From Haliotis rubra (Eukaryota), in contig NW_025767522.1 of assembly GCF_003918875.1 (NCBI RefSeq), positions 310,001-374,000 of the forward strand: a stretch of 64,000 nucleotides of DNA, given 5' to 3'. The notes under the pieces were generated by a model. The model worked only from the letters and a program-made list of their open reading frames with translations. It had not been told where the DNA came from and ran no database searches. Of the stretch, positions 23,578 through 37,400 are shown in pieces. The translations under genes were made by a program, and so were the position numbers. The first letter of the stretch is position 1. Each line of letters starts with the position of its first letter.

Positions 23578-26500
23578 TCACTTGCTTGCCTCCCTTGTTC
23601 CACCGTGCGTGATGCACTGGTCCCAGTCCGGCCAGAATGCTTCCTTCATACGTTCACAGTAGGCGGCAGGTTGGGATAATTATCTGGGGAAAATAAGATG
23701 TTATCAACAAAAATGTTCCACAAACACCACTATGCATATGTCATACATGATACACAAATACTTCAGAAGAGACAAAACCGACGAGAGTTTAGAGCAATTT
23801 CTTTAGCCATAACGTAAACTTCGTCCAGAGTGCTATTGACTGCGGAGAACTGCGGGTCTCTGGCGTGACGAGCGAACGCTTTAACCACCAAGCTACCCCA
23901 TCGCCCACGTTGATACTGACTTATACAGCATTTGCAAACATCACACACTTTCTATAAGAATAATTGAAAATTTCTCAAAACCCTTTCATGTGGAATTCAC
24001 ATCGCGAATATGTATGAAAAGTGAGTGGAATAGAACGCTTGTCACATTTTACTACTCAGGAATAACAATGACGTATATGTGACGAGAGTGAAAATTTCGA
24101 TTAGGTAATTAATTGGAATATCACTGCCAACCTGTTTTCCGGGTTTCACCTTTTATGAGACTCTCAAATCCAGATCCATTAAACTGCCAATATGCCTGAG
24201 ACAGCATACCGAACAGAGAGCAATCCGCTTCACAGGGATCATCTCCCATCAGGAACTTCTTCCTCCCTAGTATACAGGATGTAACTTAGTTAATAATGTC
24301 CCTGTACCTGTACCTCCATTCAGATTGTACAGGATAAGTATGTATAAACCATATCAAGTTATCTAACAAAGGGGAAAAAATATAAATATTTCCTTTTCGA
24401 TTTCCATACAGTTGGTTGTTTGGTTTGTTGTTTAATGCCGCTCTCATAATATTCCAGCTTACAAGACCAAACAATCCAGTGATCAACAGCATGGTCATCG
24501 ATCTACGTAATGGGGATACGATGACATATGTCAACCAATCCAGCGAGCCTGACCACCCAATCCCGTTAGTCGCCTCTTACCACAATCACGGGTTGCTGAA
24601 GACCAATTCTAACCCGGATCTTCACCGCTAGATTTCCATACAGCATCGAAGAGAAGAGGGATTATGATATTCATGTCCTCTGTTGGTTTTTCTCCATTGT
24701 TACTGGTTAATTATAATGCAGGGACATTCAAACATGTGGTCGGCGCACGTTAAAAGAGTAAAGGCTTCTTGAAACAACTGACCGTCTGGTTTGGGGCGAT
24801 TGGGAAACTTAAGGTTTATAAATTATAGACTTACGTAACCTATATACTTAATCACTAAATATAACAATATATGAAAATCTCTTCATTTCAGTCTGGAGCC
24901 AAAGGGTTGCAGAATTGGATTCGAACCTTAAGTTGGGGTCAAAATTATATTTCTGAGTTTCTGTCTCAGACCTGCAAAACTTTGGGTTGAGGTACTGCCT
25001 CCTGTTCAAAGCAAGTTGATACAGGTTGTGTTTGTTTTGTCAGTTTCGTTTGTTCTTTTAAGCCTCGCATGGCACTAGTCCAACTGCAAGACAGCGGACT
25101 GTGGATATTCGAGATTGTACCGGGCAATCCTGTGAATGATATTTAGAGGCATGTTTCAAGCCGTCATCACACGCTATCAAACCAGTCTGTTAGAGTGACT
25201 ACCGATCCGTTTGGTCACCTATTACTACCAACACAACACAGTGACCTGTTCTAACCAGGGTGCCGTTCCACGAAAGCCTCTTAGCGCTACAACGTCTTAA
25301 ACCACATCGTAAACCAGGGCCCCGTTTCACACCGGGGTTCTATCATAGCACCACGAATGTCGTACGTCCTATACTGTAACATAGGCTTACAACAGCTCTT
25401 AAATTTTTATCTTAGTGGAAGGGTCGTAAATCATTACGCTGGGACATCCTAAAGTCGGTCGTATCCGCTAGGACGTCGTAGCTATGAGAGGCATTGGTGA
25501 AACGGCAACCACAGGGTCCCGTTTCACAAAGCTATCGTAGCGCTACGACTGTCGTACCTCCTATACTGTAACATAGACTCACGACAGTCGTAGCAGGAAC
25601 CTCCAAGGTGAATGTACCCAGTAATATAACCGAATGACTATTCAAAGACTCACTACCAAACTCAATTTTCACAAAAAATACCTATAAAGTCGGAGATAGA
25701 TTGGAAGTCCTTATACATCATTTCGACGACCTCTTCCTCCGTGTGGCGACCCTATCCCTGACTCCATGTTTGTTTTCTGATATGTCGTCGTATCATCCAT
25801 AGAAAGAACTTGGAGAATTTAAACGTTTCCAAAATAAACGATGCGTCTCTGCTGTACAACCAGCAGATTTGGGCAAGCAGCCTGGATCGGAATTTCAAAT
25901 CATCAGTACGTTGGTTGATTCGTGGAAATATGGTATATGTCAACATAGGGAATTGCATCAGACATAATTTTTGTCAGTGATGCGTCAATTTTTTAAATGT
26001 CTTCCATATGAGTGAATTTTATTTTTACGCCGCACTGAGCAATAGACCAGCTATATGGCCTGTAAATAATCGAGTCTTGACCAGACAATCCAGTGATCAA
26101 CAGCATGTGCATCGATCTACGCAATGGGGATACGATGACATGTGTCAACCATGTCAGCGAGCCTGACCACCCTATCTCGTTGCATGGGTTACTGAAGACC
26201 AATTAAAGTTGACATAACAGTACAGATGTTCCTCCGTCATGACCTGCATCGCTTGCGCTATACCCTTGTCAGCTGGACTCAGGGGCTTGTTGAGGTCCAC
26301 CCCAAGCTTCTGATTGAGGAAATGTATACACAGCGTGGTGTCCCCAATAGGTTGGCCATTGTACTCAATCCAGGGGACCTTGCCCTTAGGTGAAGGTTGC
26401 ATTCCATGGACGTTCTATGGAAAACGTGACACGGCATGAGGAACTATGCGCAGAAGAAAAACTGTGACTTATGTGAATATATACCATTCAAAAAAAGTAG

Positions 26501-29275
26501 GGGATATTGGATTTACAAGATTGATAAAATGCAAATGATGAAGCCAAGGAGGAAAGAGATGATGAAGAGAAATTAAGGGTTAATGTGACAATTTATTCCA
26601 TTCCTTTGGAAATGTTTCATCTGTATGGATATATATTATTTTTCTCATATGCATCGGCATTGGCTTGTGGTATGCTCGAAAAATGGAATATGCCCTAGTA
26701 TGTTAATGGTATATGTAAACTAGGAAATTTATACATGATACTGTAAGTGATGTGTTTCTTGAGTTAACCTGAAGATGCGACGTTACTCGATATCTCGTGG
26801 TCTTCCACGATATAACCGGTGTAACCTTCTTCTTGTCCCTTAAACCTCTTACACACGCATGTATGCACAGACAAACGCACGAACGGACGGACACACAGAG
26901 CCTTCTTCGGTGATCTCGTTTTGGTTTACAAAGCAATCGCCTCATATATTACCATAAGTATGTATGTCTTGTGTAACGAGGTTCTGGGCAGAAGATGAGT
27001 GATTAACTGCAAACATCAACTTTCGCTCCCAGCGGTTGATAGAATGAACAACAATATACACATCGGGATATACACAAACAGCCAGGTCACAATGTATACA
27101 TATGTTAGATGACAACAATGTAGGAAGCTGTGATCTCGAACATTGTAGTCAGTGAAGTCAGAGTCGATTTATGCTGATCGGGTGGTTACAATGTGTATCT
27201 GGCTGACTGTGCACAATGACTTTTGCTTCGATGGTTTGTTCTGTCCTTCCCAGTGGTTTACCTCACTCACTCACTCAACACCTCATTCACCTACCTGGTA
27301 GGGTATCCTGGCCATCCGGAGATAGGTTTCCAGCTTCACAGCAAACGGTGTCATGCTGGGGGCGTAAGGACCTCTACCGATCTGATGAAGGATCACCGTA
27401 TCTCGGGGATACTCTTTACTCCTCTCTCTATACAACGAAACCACGTTATTGTAAATGACCGTCCCTAAAGACCCAGTACCCTCACCCCCTAACCGCATTA
27501 TCAGTTTCACTGGCTAGAATTATGTCTTCAGCTTTGCTTGTGACATAGTTAAGGATTCATTACATCAGGGATAATCTACATCAGGGATAGGTCACTCGCT
27601 TGCTTTCTTTACCATTTGTACTAATTGTAGCGTGTGTCTCGTCATGCTCCAACGCACACAATGACTTGGTTCGTTCCCAGCGCAACTTCGGCTGCGTTTA
27701 GCAGTACTTCAGCCAGTTTATTGTATCAGTCGGAATTTTACAATGAATGAATGAATGAATGAATTATAGCAAGAATTAAGAGCAAGAATTATATGTGAAT
27801 GAATGAAAGAATTAAAGAAAAAGAACAACAGAAAGAAATACATATGTGAATGAATGAAAGAATAAATGATACACCACGGCCATCCCTCCCCAAACATGTT
27901 AAAGAACGCAAAACTATCGCTAGAACACATGTGTTAACATCAGCTGTCCCTTTTTCTTAAAATCTACTTGGAGACATTTTTTACATTAGTAGTTAATTCA
28001 GATATCTTATCGCATGTGTGGAATGGCATGGACATTGACAGAATATTAACTGACACTGTCACACACCCCTCAAATACAGAAAGTTTAGACCAACAAGACA
28101 GAAAGAAGTTTTAGAACTATAACACTTAAGCATCACAAGCATCAATGGCGGATCAGAACAGATAGGCGATATGTCATATTTTTCACACACCTCAAATACA
28201 CCCTAACAATTTTTTTAAATTATAAAACTATCACTATTACTTGCAAACACCTTTCACCTGATGGTATATTCCCCTCATAAAAATTAAAGGTGTATGTGAA
28301 AGAAGTTTTTAGAACAATAACTAGACACTCAAACAACGCCCTATAGTATTTCAATGGGAGATCGGCGATGTCATATTTTTCACACACCTCAAATAGATTC
28401 TAACAATTTTTTCAAAGTTATAAAACTATCACTATTACTTGCAAACACCTTTCAACTAAAGGTATATTTCCCCTCTAAAATTTAATCGAATATGTGAAAG
28501 AGGTTTTTATCAGTAGAATTTAGTCTTTCTTCGCTGTGTACCGAGAACTGAAGCCAGTGAGCTATAACATGCCGACTTGAAACTTTACTACAAATCTACT
28601 GTACTAATACCGACACTAATAACAATTATTTGACTTAAAATGTAGTGACAGAATAGGTAACTTGTCTTCTACATATAGGTTTTCAGTTGTCACAACACTC
28701 AGCGAATGTAATCAGCTGTTGAAAATAAACCGGGCTCAGTCTTAAAAACTAAGCTTTAATTTTAAAGTCAGGGTTGAAGAGGAGTAACATGCACGTGCCC
28801 CTCTGGCATCCATGGGGCTGAACGGACTTGACTGACGGGTCTCTCCTGTACACTCACGTGATTTAGCAGTACTGCCATTGTTTGCATGGACAGCGTTGTA
28901 TAGACTTGAATTTTAGACCCCTCGGTATACAGTTACAGACAGATCTGAAGAGCGAAAAGCTCTGGCTAAACTTTTTGCTTTAGCGACGAAAGTACCCAGG
29001 ATTTTTCTTTAGATTATGGGGGCGGTGGGGTAGGCCAGTGGTTAAGGCATTAGCGCGTCAAACCAAAGATCCGGGTTCGATTCCCTACAGGGGTACAATG
29101 CATGAAGCCCATTTCTGGTGTCTCCCTCCGTGATATTGCTGGAATATTGCTAAAAGTATGTCTAGCTCATCAACGTGACAACTTACTTGTGAAATAGTTT
29201 CCTGACAGCGACGACTGACACGACAGCTACAACAACGCCTCCGACAGCATGCAGCACTTTCTGTGATGTGTCCAT
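23578..29275 (-). pseudogene. FAX-like copy D: exon 1 29275-29187, exon 2 27427-27295, exon 3 26414-26218 (donor GT>TT), exon 4 25881-25682 (TAG nonsense), exon 5 24266-24150, exon 6 23683-23578 (1-nt deletion)
   Basis: All six exons are recognisable (MDTSQKVLHAVGGVVVAVV..., YPRDTVILHQ..., KGKVPWIEYNG...). The lesions are read directly from the sequence. Confidence 0.88.
27566..29017. mobile_element. Possible decayed DNA transposon (CAGGG terminus) in intron 1 of copy D
   Basis: cagggataatcta at 27566 and a partial inverted end tagattat at 29010-29017 cut by a SINE; internal ~200-bp direct repeats (28165-28330 / 28363-28510). Confidence 0.35.
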
Positions 29276-29866
29276 GTCGCTTTAAGCATTCAGTCCATTA
29301 CTGATGGTCTGAGTCTTCCTGTGTTGTCACTGTTCACTGCACTGTGTTAAAAACAGGCCAACCTGTATAACACCCACAATGCTAGCGGCAGTACTAGGTC
29401 ATATTGAAAAGGGGAATAAGCGTTGAGCGAAGCAATCATTCATTAGGCTTGCGCTCGCGATATCGTTTACTGTGTGTGTAAAAATATGCATTGTCCTGCC
29501 CGATTTCCTACGATTAGGTATGTCCTTTATATAGCATACACTATACTAGAGATTTGATGTAGAATGTCCATTTTTCATTTACGTTATCATGGCTAACCTA
29601 AAAATAAATTATCACTTGACTCAACTGCTTCCTGTGATAAAACAAACCTCCAGGTAAAGGTTAAAATCTGGACCTGTTCAGGCTGACATTCGTGTCTGCA
29701 GCAAATAGCAATACCCATTCCCGTTTCGAATTTAAAATCACCAATTAAACATAGTTTACGAAAACAGATTATAGTGATGAGAGATGTGTTTATCTCCTCG
29801 CTATTATTATTCATATTCTTTTCAGGGTAGTTGGTGTATATATATTCGACATTGGATAACTTTAGA

Positions 29867-30214
29867 TGAGGTGAAATTGGGTTTAACGTCGTACTTGAGA
29901 ATATTTCGCTCATATGATGACGTGCATGCGTGTGTATGTGTATGTGCGGCTGCTTGTACTAGCCCAGACTGAAGCTGGTTTTATAGTGCTAGCCCACTGA
30001 GATACCATGCCGCAGTGAAGCATGAATACCCCACTCAGACACATTATACTGACTCCGAGCCGACCAATCCTTGTTGTACCCATTAATGCCGAGCGCCAGG
30101 CAGGGACCAACAAGTACCATATTTTAACGTCTTTAGGTATGACGCAGTCGGGGATTGAACCCGCGACCTTCCGCTCTCCGGGCGGACGCTCTAACCACTA
30201 CACCACGGAGGCGG
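29867..30214 (-). mobile_element. Full-length Meta-like tRNA SINE (family S3); 5'-truncated copy 62008-62267 (+)
   Basis: tRNA head, Meta-like core, (CA)-rich stretch and tail gagcgaaatattctcaagtacgacgttaaac; TSD ttggataactttaga / ttgggtaactttaga. Confidence 0.85.
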
Positions 30215-30482
30215 TTGGGTAACTTTAGACCTGTTTACAACATCCGAGTTAGTGTTCAAGGAATTATTAATGTACTTGTGAAGCCATGGGACAACTTTAG
30301 ACCTGTTCACAACATCACAGTTAGTAACTTCTTTGAGAGGCTTCTTAGAAGTTGTATAGATGAAGGAAAACCAAGTTCTATGGATAGTCAACTTCTTTAT
30401 TGCAATGGGTGCGACGTTTCGGTGTAGGTAGAACTTAGTTTTCCTTCATCACAGTTAGTATTGAAGGAATTATCAAGGCAGT

Positions 30483-30871
30483 TATTATCCCCCGTAGCGC
30501 GTTTTGTGGGGGTATTAAAATGCGCTCCGTCCGTGCGTCCGTGCACATTTGTCTTTTCCGGAGCTGAACTCTAAAACCGTTCACTATTTCGTCACCAAAC
30601 TTGGCACATCGATTGGTCTGGTGGTGTACTGGTGCCTTTTGGTAGTTTTGGATTTCTGAATAAAATATCTTTGCATTTCCATGCCAAAAAGTTTGACTTA
30701 GAATCTGGTGGTATTGCTTCTTTCTGGAGCAGAACTTTGAAAACCTTTCAATACTCTCCTTCCACTTTTCTATATACACACCAAAACATTTGACATAATC
30801 TTAACTCGTAGACATATTCATGAAGAGTATTTTGCCATTGCGGGGGATATTGACGACTTTGTCTTCTTGTT
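30483..30871 (+). mobile_element. Helentron-associated non-autonomous element (DINE-1/HINE-like)
   Basis: 5' TTATTATCCCCCG, GTCC-type microsatellite, ccaaacttggcaca core, subterminal inverted CGGGGGATA and a short 3' hairpin ending cttgtt. Confidence 0.65.
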
Positions 30872-31426
30872 GTATTGACATTGGGTAACATTGGACCTGT
30901 TTACAAAACCGCAGAGCAGCGTTAATCATCACTCACTCATCCCTGCGAGGAAAAACAGTTATTAACTACATATAAAAGCAAACATTTATTTAAAGATCGT
31001 AAACAAACGAAACAATTGCAGATATATGTCTGCTCATAGATACAGTGGATATTATCCCATATTCGGGAAAATACAAACAATTATATAAAACTGAAATGAA
31101 GGAAAACAAATGAACACAAACATTATGATGAGATGGAGCTTACGATAGGTTTTGTGACATGGGTTCTAGCTTCAGTGACTGGTTGATTTTAGTAAACAAT
31201 CACGTTAAAGTACATGTTTGTTCTGTTTACATTTCAGTTCCATGTCAGAAAATGATCAAATCCCTACAAACATATATTTACATTGTGTACTGCTATTGCT
31301 TACTTTCCTCAAAGAAACCGATAATATAATATATCACTAAGTTTCACCAATGTGAAAAGTATGAAATTAGAAATGATAAAGGTAAGTTCAGTTATGAAAC
31401 ACATGCTCCCATATCTAGGCAAGCAA

Positions 31427-34400
31427 CTACGCAGTATGTACAGCACGTTGAAGACTTTCCCAGAACACCTCCTGACCTTCCCGATCATCTGTGTACTCCA
31501 AGTAGGAGTCTTGGCGCATTAATTCCACAATGTTAGGGGGTAGATTCTTCACCGGGATCTTCTCCAGGATTACCACCAGCAGTGTGTTCCGTCCAGTGTA
31601 GATACTCTCCATCTTAGCCATCTCCACTTCGTACTTACACCAGTAGCTCTTCAGGAAGTTCCTTGACAGGATTATCACTGTCCTCCTGCTTGATCTGATG
31701 GCGTGCAGGATGTTTGCAGCAATAGCTTCCCCCACAAGAAAGTCTCGATGGTGGATACAGAGTCGAAGTCCCTGCTGTCCTTCCAATATCCGCCTCATGT
31801 TCTCCACAACAAATCCTCGGTCCTCGTCAGCATAGGAGATGAAAGCATCAAACTCAAACTGAGGTCCACCTTCTTCTTCCCCCTCCACAGCCAGATAACC
31901 CCGGTGTTTTATTCGTACCAGATAGTAAAGATACCTCAATTTCCATCTAAACCTGTACACTATTCCTGTTATGGACAAGCTTAGAACAAGCATCACAAGG
32001 CAGAGGACACCGATAGATAAACCTAAGTAGGAGGTACACTTTTTGTCAAGGTCAAAAACGATCTGATGGATGTCTTTCAAGAATAGTTGTCTGTTGCTGT
32101 CATCCACGCAGATCATGTTATCAAGACCAGGTAATTTAAAAGAATTATCTATCATCCATTTCAGTGAGTTCAGTGTCAAGCAATTGCACTTGAGAGGGTT
32201 GTCTTTAAAGTAAAGCTGAAAATCACGTCTAACCATGCATCTGACTTGATGGCGCAGAAGAGATGGAATTTCATCAAAAGCGTTTCTTGATAAATTGATG
32301 ACTGTCATATTGAAATTGATTATTTCGATTTTCCAGGACATCATATAATTAGAACCTAAATTTAAGAATTTAAGCCGACGGCTATTTTTGAAGATCAGCT
32401 TTGGAAGTGAACTTATTTTATTATTTGATAAGTCAAGGTGTTCCAGCAAAGGCATTTCACCAAATGTGTCATTCGTGAGGGTATATCCAAAATAATTGGA
32501 ACTGATATCCAGATACTTCAAGGATGGAAAGTATGAAAAAACTCCTTCAGCAAGGTATTCGAGGAAATTGTTAGAAGCATGTAATTTTTCTAGGTGTGTT
32601 AATCCTATGATGGGACCCGTCCACAAGGAAAAATAATTAAACGATATATCTATCTCCCGAATTTTGTTTTCACCAATTTGGAAACGTATGACTTCATAGG
32701 CCATTTTTGAATGACTTGCATCGATAAATGTAACATTTGGAGGCACATAAATTGTAACATTTCCCCTGATAGGTTTGTTATATTTATCCAGTTGAAGAAG
32801 GCGACGTGAATGAAGGCTTGTAGTGTCAAAGAAGGATATTGATGATGTACCTTGATGCGACGTATCTACCCACTCCAAATCTGTCAACAGCGACAATTCC
32901 ATCAAGTAAAGCCCAAACGAAAGGTGATTCTCTTTGATGGATATTTTTTTGAGAGACTTTGGAAGGTTAATAATTACATTTTTATCAATCATTTCTATTC
33001 TGTTTGCTTCAATGTACAATTCTTCTAACTTGGTATTCTTTAGATATTTGACATCTTCAACTGTCAACAGTGTACTACGCCCCATCATTCGACCTATTCT
33101 ATTTACGTTTAGTGTTCTCAGAGACGAATTCTGCAGTCCATACGTAGCTTGTCCCATTTTTGCAATTCCCAGATATCTGTTATGTGACACGAGGAGGGAT
33201 GTAAGATTCTTTAAAACTTCAAAAGATGATATTTCAATGTCAATCAACAGACAGTATGACACATCCAGAGTCTGTAAGTGAGGCACATCCACAAATGTGT
33301 CATTCCTCAAGTAACGTGTGTAACACGTCCTTAACTCTCCCCCTAGTGATAATGACTGGAGCTGTTTCAATGTGAATCCCTTTCCAAAGTATAGTTCTAT
33401 CGGTCCATCAATGCGCAGATCTTGTAAGGAGATTAAGGATTTGAATGCACAGCCCGGGTAAGCATCTCGTCCAAAGTTGTTTCCAGAATGCATAGGGTGA
33501 ATGTCTTTCTCAATGAAACTAGAATTTGAGCTGTCTTTCAATGATCGGCTTTCCACTCTTCGGTTTAAGCTTTCGTCATAAGGGCGAGATTCAACATTTT
33601 GGTTAATGTGGAGTACTTTCAGTTTAGCCTGACGTTTGAATAACCCTTCACGATAGACCTTTGTTGGAGATAAACGATTGTGAGTGAGATCCAAAACTTC
33701 AAGGTTTCTTAGCTCTTGAAACGCGCCGAGTTCAATGTCCTTGAGACGATTGAAAGACACATCCAATCTGGTAAGATGTGCATAACTGAGAGATCCATTT
33801 TCCAAGTGATGTATGTAGTTTCCTGAAAGATTGAGATCAGTTATGTTGGATAGTAGATGTGATGGGACTTTGTCAAGTTGCCTATTCCCACAATCAGCTA
33901 TGACTCTCTCTCCATCGTAATGACATTTGCACGGCACACACTGATCTTGATTCACATGTTGATGTGCATCATCACTTGTATCTAGATCTGCATTATTGCG
34001 TGTATCTTGACTTGCACTATTACGTACATCTGGACGTTCATTGTTACTTGCATTATTAGTTGTAAAGTAGCTAGCATCTCGACTCGCAGCTTGTATTGAT
34101 GTGATAACATTCTTAGACACTCGGAGTTCCAGAAGTAGAACCAGCACCAGAAGGTTCTGAAAGTAGCATATACAAACATTATTCGCAGATAAAGACGTCA
34201 AGAAGAATGTGTTTGAAACAAATCCCGTAGAATGTTCCAGGACAATATTTTCTTTCAGATTTGCAGTATGTGCTATAAGCTCTAACTGGACCATTTTCGG
34301 GAATTCCAAAGCGAAAGCGCAAGCCTTCTTTTGCACGTGTTGTTTACGAGTGGGATGTAGCGCGATGGTAAGGCCACCCCAATTGTTAAATTAACTAACA

Positions 34401-37400
34401 GAGTCTATAACTTCACAAATCAACACAAAGGTATCTCCACGGCAGTACAAAATAGTGTGGTAGTACAAGTTCAGTGGTAATATACATGTAATATACTCTT
34501 CCAAAAAAAAGGAAACTTGACATGCTGTTTTGAAGTTTACTTACTGAATACATATTACTGATTCAAAAATGACATCATTGCTCAATTACAGTAAAATCAT
34601 CACTTTACAAATTTCCAACACATTATTATCCAGAAAATGTTTGATAAAACTACAGAGGGTTATTAAAGCGACTTGGTCAGAGTAAAATGTCAGTATCTGG
34701 TGTGACCACTTCGAGAATCGATAGCGGTGACCCATAGAAGAAAGGATATGCCGAATTCTGTCTTGAGGAATGTTTTGATACTCTTGCTGAAGTGCTGTGT
34801 GCAGTTCTTGTTGTATCTGAGGTGGTGGAATACGCTGGCACAAGCGTCGATCAAGAGTATCCCATAGGTGTTCAATGGCGGACAAATCGGGTGATCGAGA
34901 AGGCGAAGGTAACACCTGAACATTGTTTTACTGGAGGAAGTCCTGTCAAAACACGTGCAACGTGAGGTCGAGCATCAACCGTTGATGTTGATGAAGGGAA
35001 CGACGTGACGTTGATCTGGTCTTCTGGCAAAAAGTCTGGCTTCCCATAGCCAATTGCGCAATGTTTGGTCGGAGATTCGGCGCAGTCCAGGGATTTGGAT
35101 TGTTGTGGATGATGCGGCCGTGGCGTTTTAATGAAGATGTCTCAACCGGATATAGCGATCCTGGGCGGCGGTTTAAACTCTAGGTCGACCTGACCTGGGT
35201 CTGTCATTAACGCTCCTAGTATTGTTGTATCGGATCCATAGGTTTGAGATGGTCTCTCTGGACACGCTGAAGTGCCTTGCAACCTCATGCTGCGATGCCC
35301 CTCCTTGTAAACGGCCGATGGCGTTGTGTCGTTGAGCTTCTGTCGGTCTTTTCATTCTCTTGTCGTCTATAGTGGCTTAAAGCAATGCATGTTGAGTACC
35401 ATTGATGTGTTTCTTTAACGCCTACAGTCAGCTCAGGGTGATACACAATTAAATGATGCACGTGCATTTCATATAGGGTGCGTTTTAGCGATTCACGATA
35501 GACGTTAGTGTAATGTAACGTTTTTGTTTCTTTTTCCAAACGTTTTGTCATCGGCAAACATTCCCCAACTTGTTGGGATTCAGCATGGATTAGTTTGTGC
35601 CAAATATTTTCCTAAATTCAAATGTTTCGAGAACGCGTTTACGAGAAATAGGCGGTGCACGGCAATGATCTGAAGTGCGAGGCAAAGGTTATCTCTCAAC
35701 TCAACCCACAACTCTAAATATAGCTCAAAACTATATATAGCAGACCTGGGACATTGTTACACTATATATGTCACTGTAAGGCATCAGTATCAAATTTATC
35801 TTTGGGATGCGACCGTTAAGATTTATAAATCTTCAAATCGTTATGGCACAGGGGCTTGTATTGCTGAAAATATTACAAAATACAGGTATTTTATTTTTAA
35901 TCAATCAGAGAGCAGCTCGTCGTTGATGCGAGCAGATTGAAAGTGAAGGACAAACAAACATGGCGGACTCGATCACTCGAAACAGCTATTTTTCTAATAG
36001 AGTCGTGTGTGACAGGTAAAATCAATAACTTATTTCATATGAGAGGTTAAAATACGAAAGCGGAATATCTAGCGATTACGGTTACCTGTTTTCGCCGATT
36101 GCGTGTTTTCAGTTGAAATACTTAGCATTTCTTCGTGAATTCCAGCTGTGTATTCCAGAATTTCAAGAGGCAAAAACAGTTTCGACATGTTACATGTTTC
36201 TTAGAAATTAACTTTACTGCAATATTTTGAACATATTATTTTGAAAGAGTACTCGCTGGCATTTACGTAAGAACTATCAGCCATCGTGATTTGGACATGT
36301 CGCGGTTGTGAATCATAAGTATTTTGACAGACAGACAGACAGACAGACAGAATAACAATTTATTTCAAGTATTCAAGGCCATGGCCCATTTTACAAAACA
36401 ATTTTAATAAGTGTATTCATGCTGGTCTTGTTATAGGTATTTGGTCACCACCGGAACAAAGACGATCTCGTAAAATAATATAGATGCTGCACTAAACTAT
36501 CAAATAATATTTCAGCATAAATACTGAAGATATAATTTTAATTTGTTGTATTTCTTATCCTAAAACCTTTATATAAAATCCTTGCCAAATTGAATATTAC
36601 ATTTTTATCAGTACTTGACATAATTCTAACAAAATTGTCCCTAGAAGAGCTATTTCTTATACTATTATGAAGATATTCTCTTCTTTGGGCTTCATAGCAC
36701 TGACAGATCATCAAGACTTCTACAAAAAATAAATTTTTACAATGACAATATAAGCAAATCTTTCACTAGCTATTAAATTGCAATGCCTTCCTGTTTCAAT
36801 AGCTAGCCTGAAATTATTACACCTGAATTTACAGAAAATAGTTCTTAAATGTTGTTGAATGTCAATTGAAAGATAAGACTGAACATGTAATATTGTTTTA
36901 AATTGACAATAAGTTTGACACTTGCTCAATTGTGGAGTAATACAGTGCTATTCCTGGCTCAAGGAGTCACATAATCGCTGTTTAAATATAGAAATAAACA
37001 TTTTCACATTGCCAATATCTTGACCTATCCACCATGAGAGGCCCAAGTAGTTCTACCAACATCATCGAGGTATTTAAGCATTAAGTAAGACTGCTAAGGT
37101 AAACGATTGTAACCTAAATGAATTATTCTACACCAGTATTTTATTAGTTTTAACATATATACTAGGCACATAAAGAAACTGTGCATACAAAAATTTAAAA
37201 TCTAAATTTATCAAACCTGTGTAGACACATAAGGATTTAAACTCAGACATTAGTGACATGTATCCAACATGCATGCACGTGCCACGTTCCGTGACGTCAG
37301 TGGGTTCGTCCTTGAGACGTGCAATACGTTGTTGCACGTGCATTCCGGGAAAGGGAAACAGAGCAAATGAATGCCACACAATACTGTCACCTTGGAAAGC

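Larger units (their letters stand above)
11672..27565. repeat. Large inverted duplication: arms 11672-19470 and 21864-27565, 2.4-kb spacer
   Basis: Continuous reverse-complement similarity including FAX exons 2-6 and shared TEs; mirrored ORFs in the track (12328/26703, 18882/22190). Confidence 0.95.

Noticed and set aside
30215-30480. CRISPR-like spaced repeats (gggtaactttagacctgtt...)
   Set aside because: Few degenerate, irregularly spaced copies in a eukaryotic context with no cas genes; a decayed minisatellite.
32934-33281. Antisense ORFs inside the TLR (also 31703-31984)
   Set aside because: Shadow frames of the coding strand with no recognisable motifs.
34157-34336. First 60 aa of the 969-aa ORF as the TLR N-terminus
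   Set aside because: Non-ATG start, no signal peptide, and it ends in a canonical splice acceptor; likely intron.
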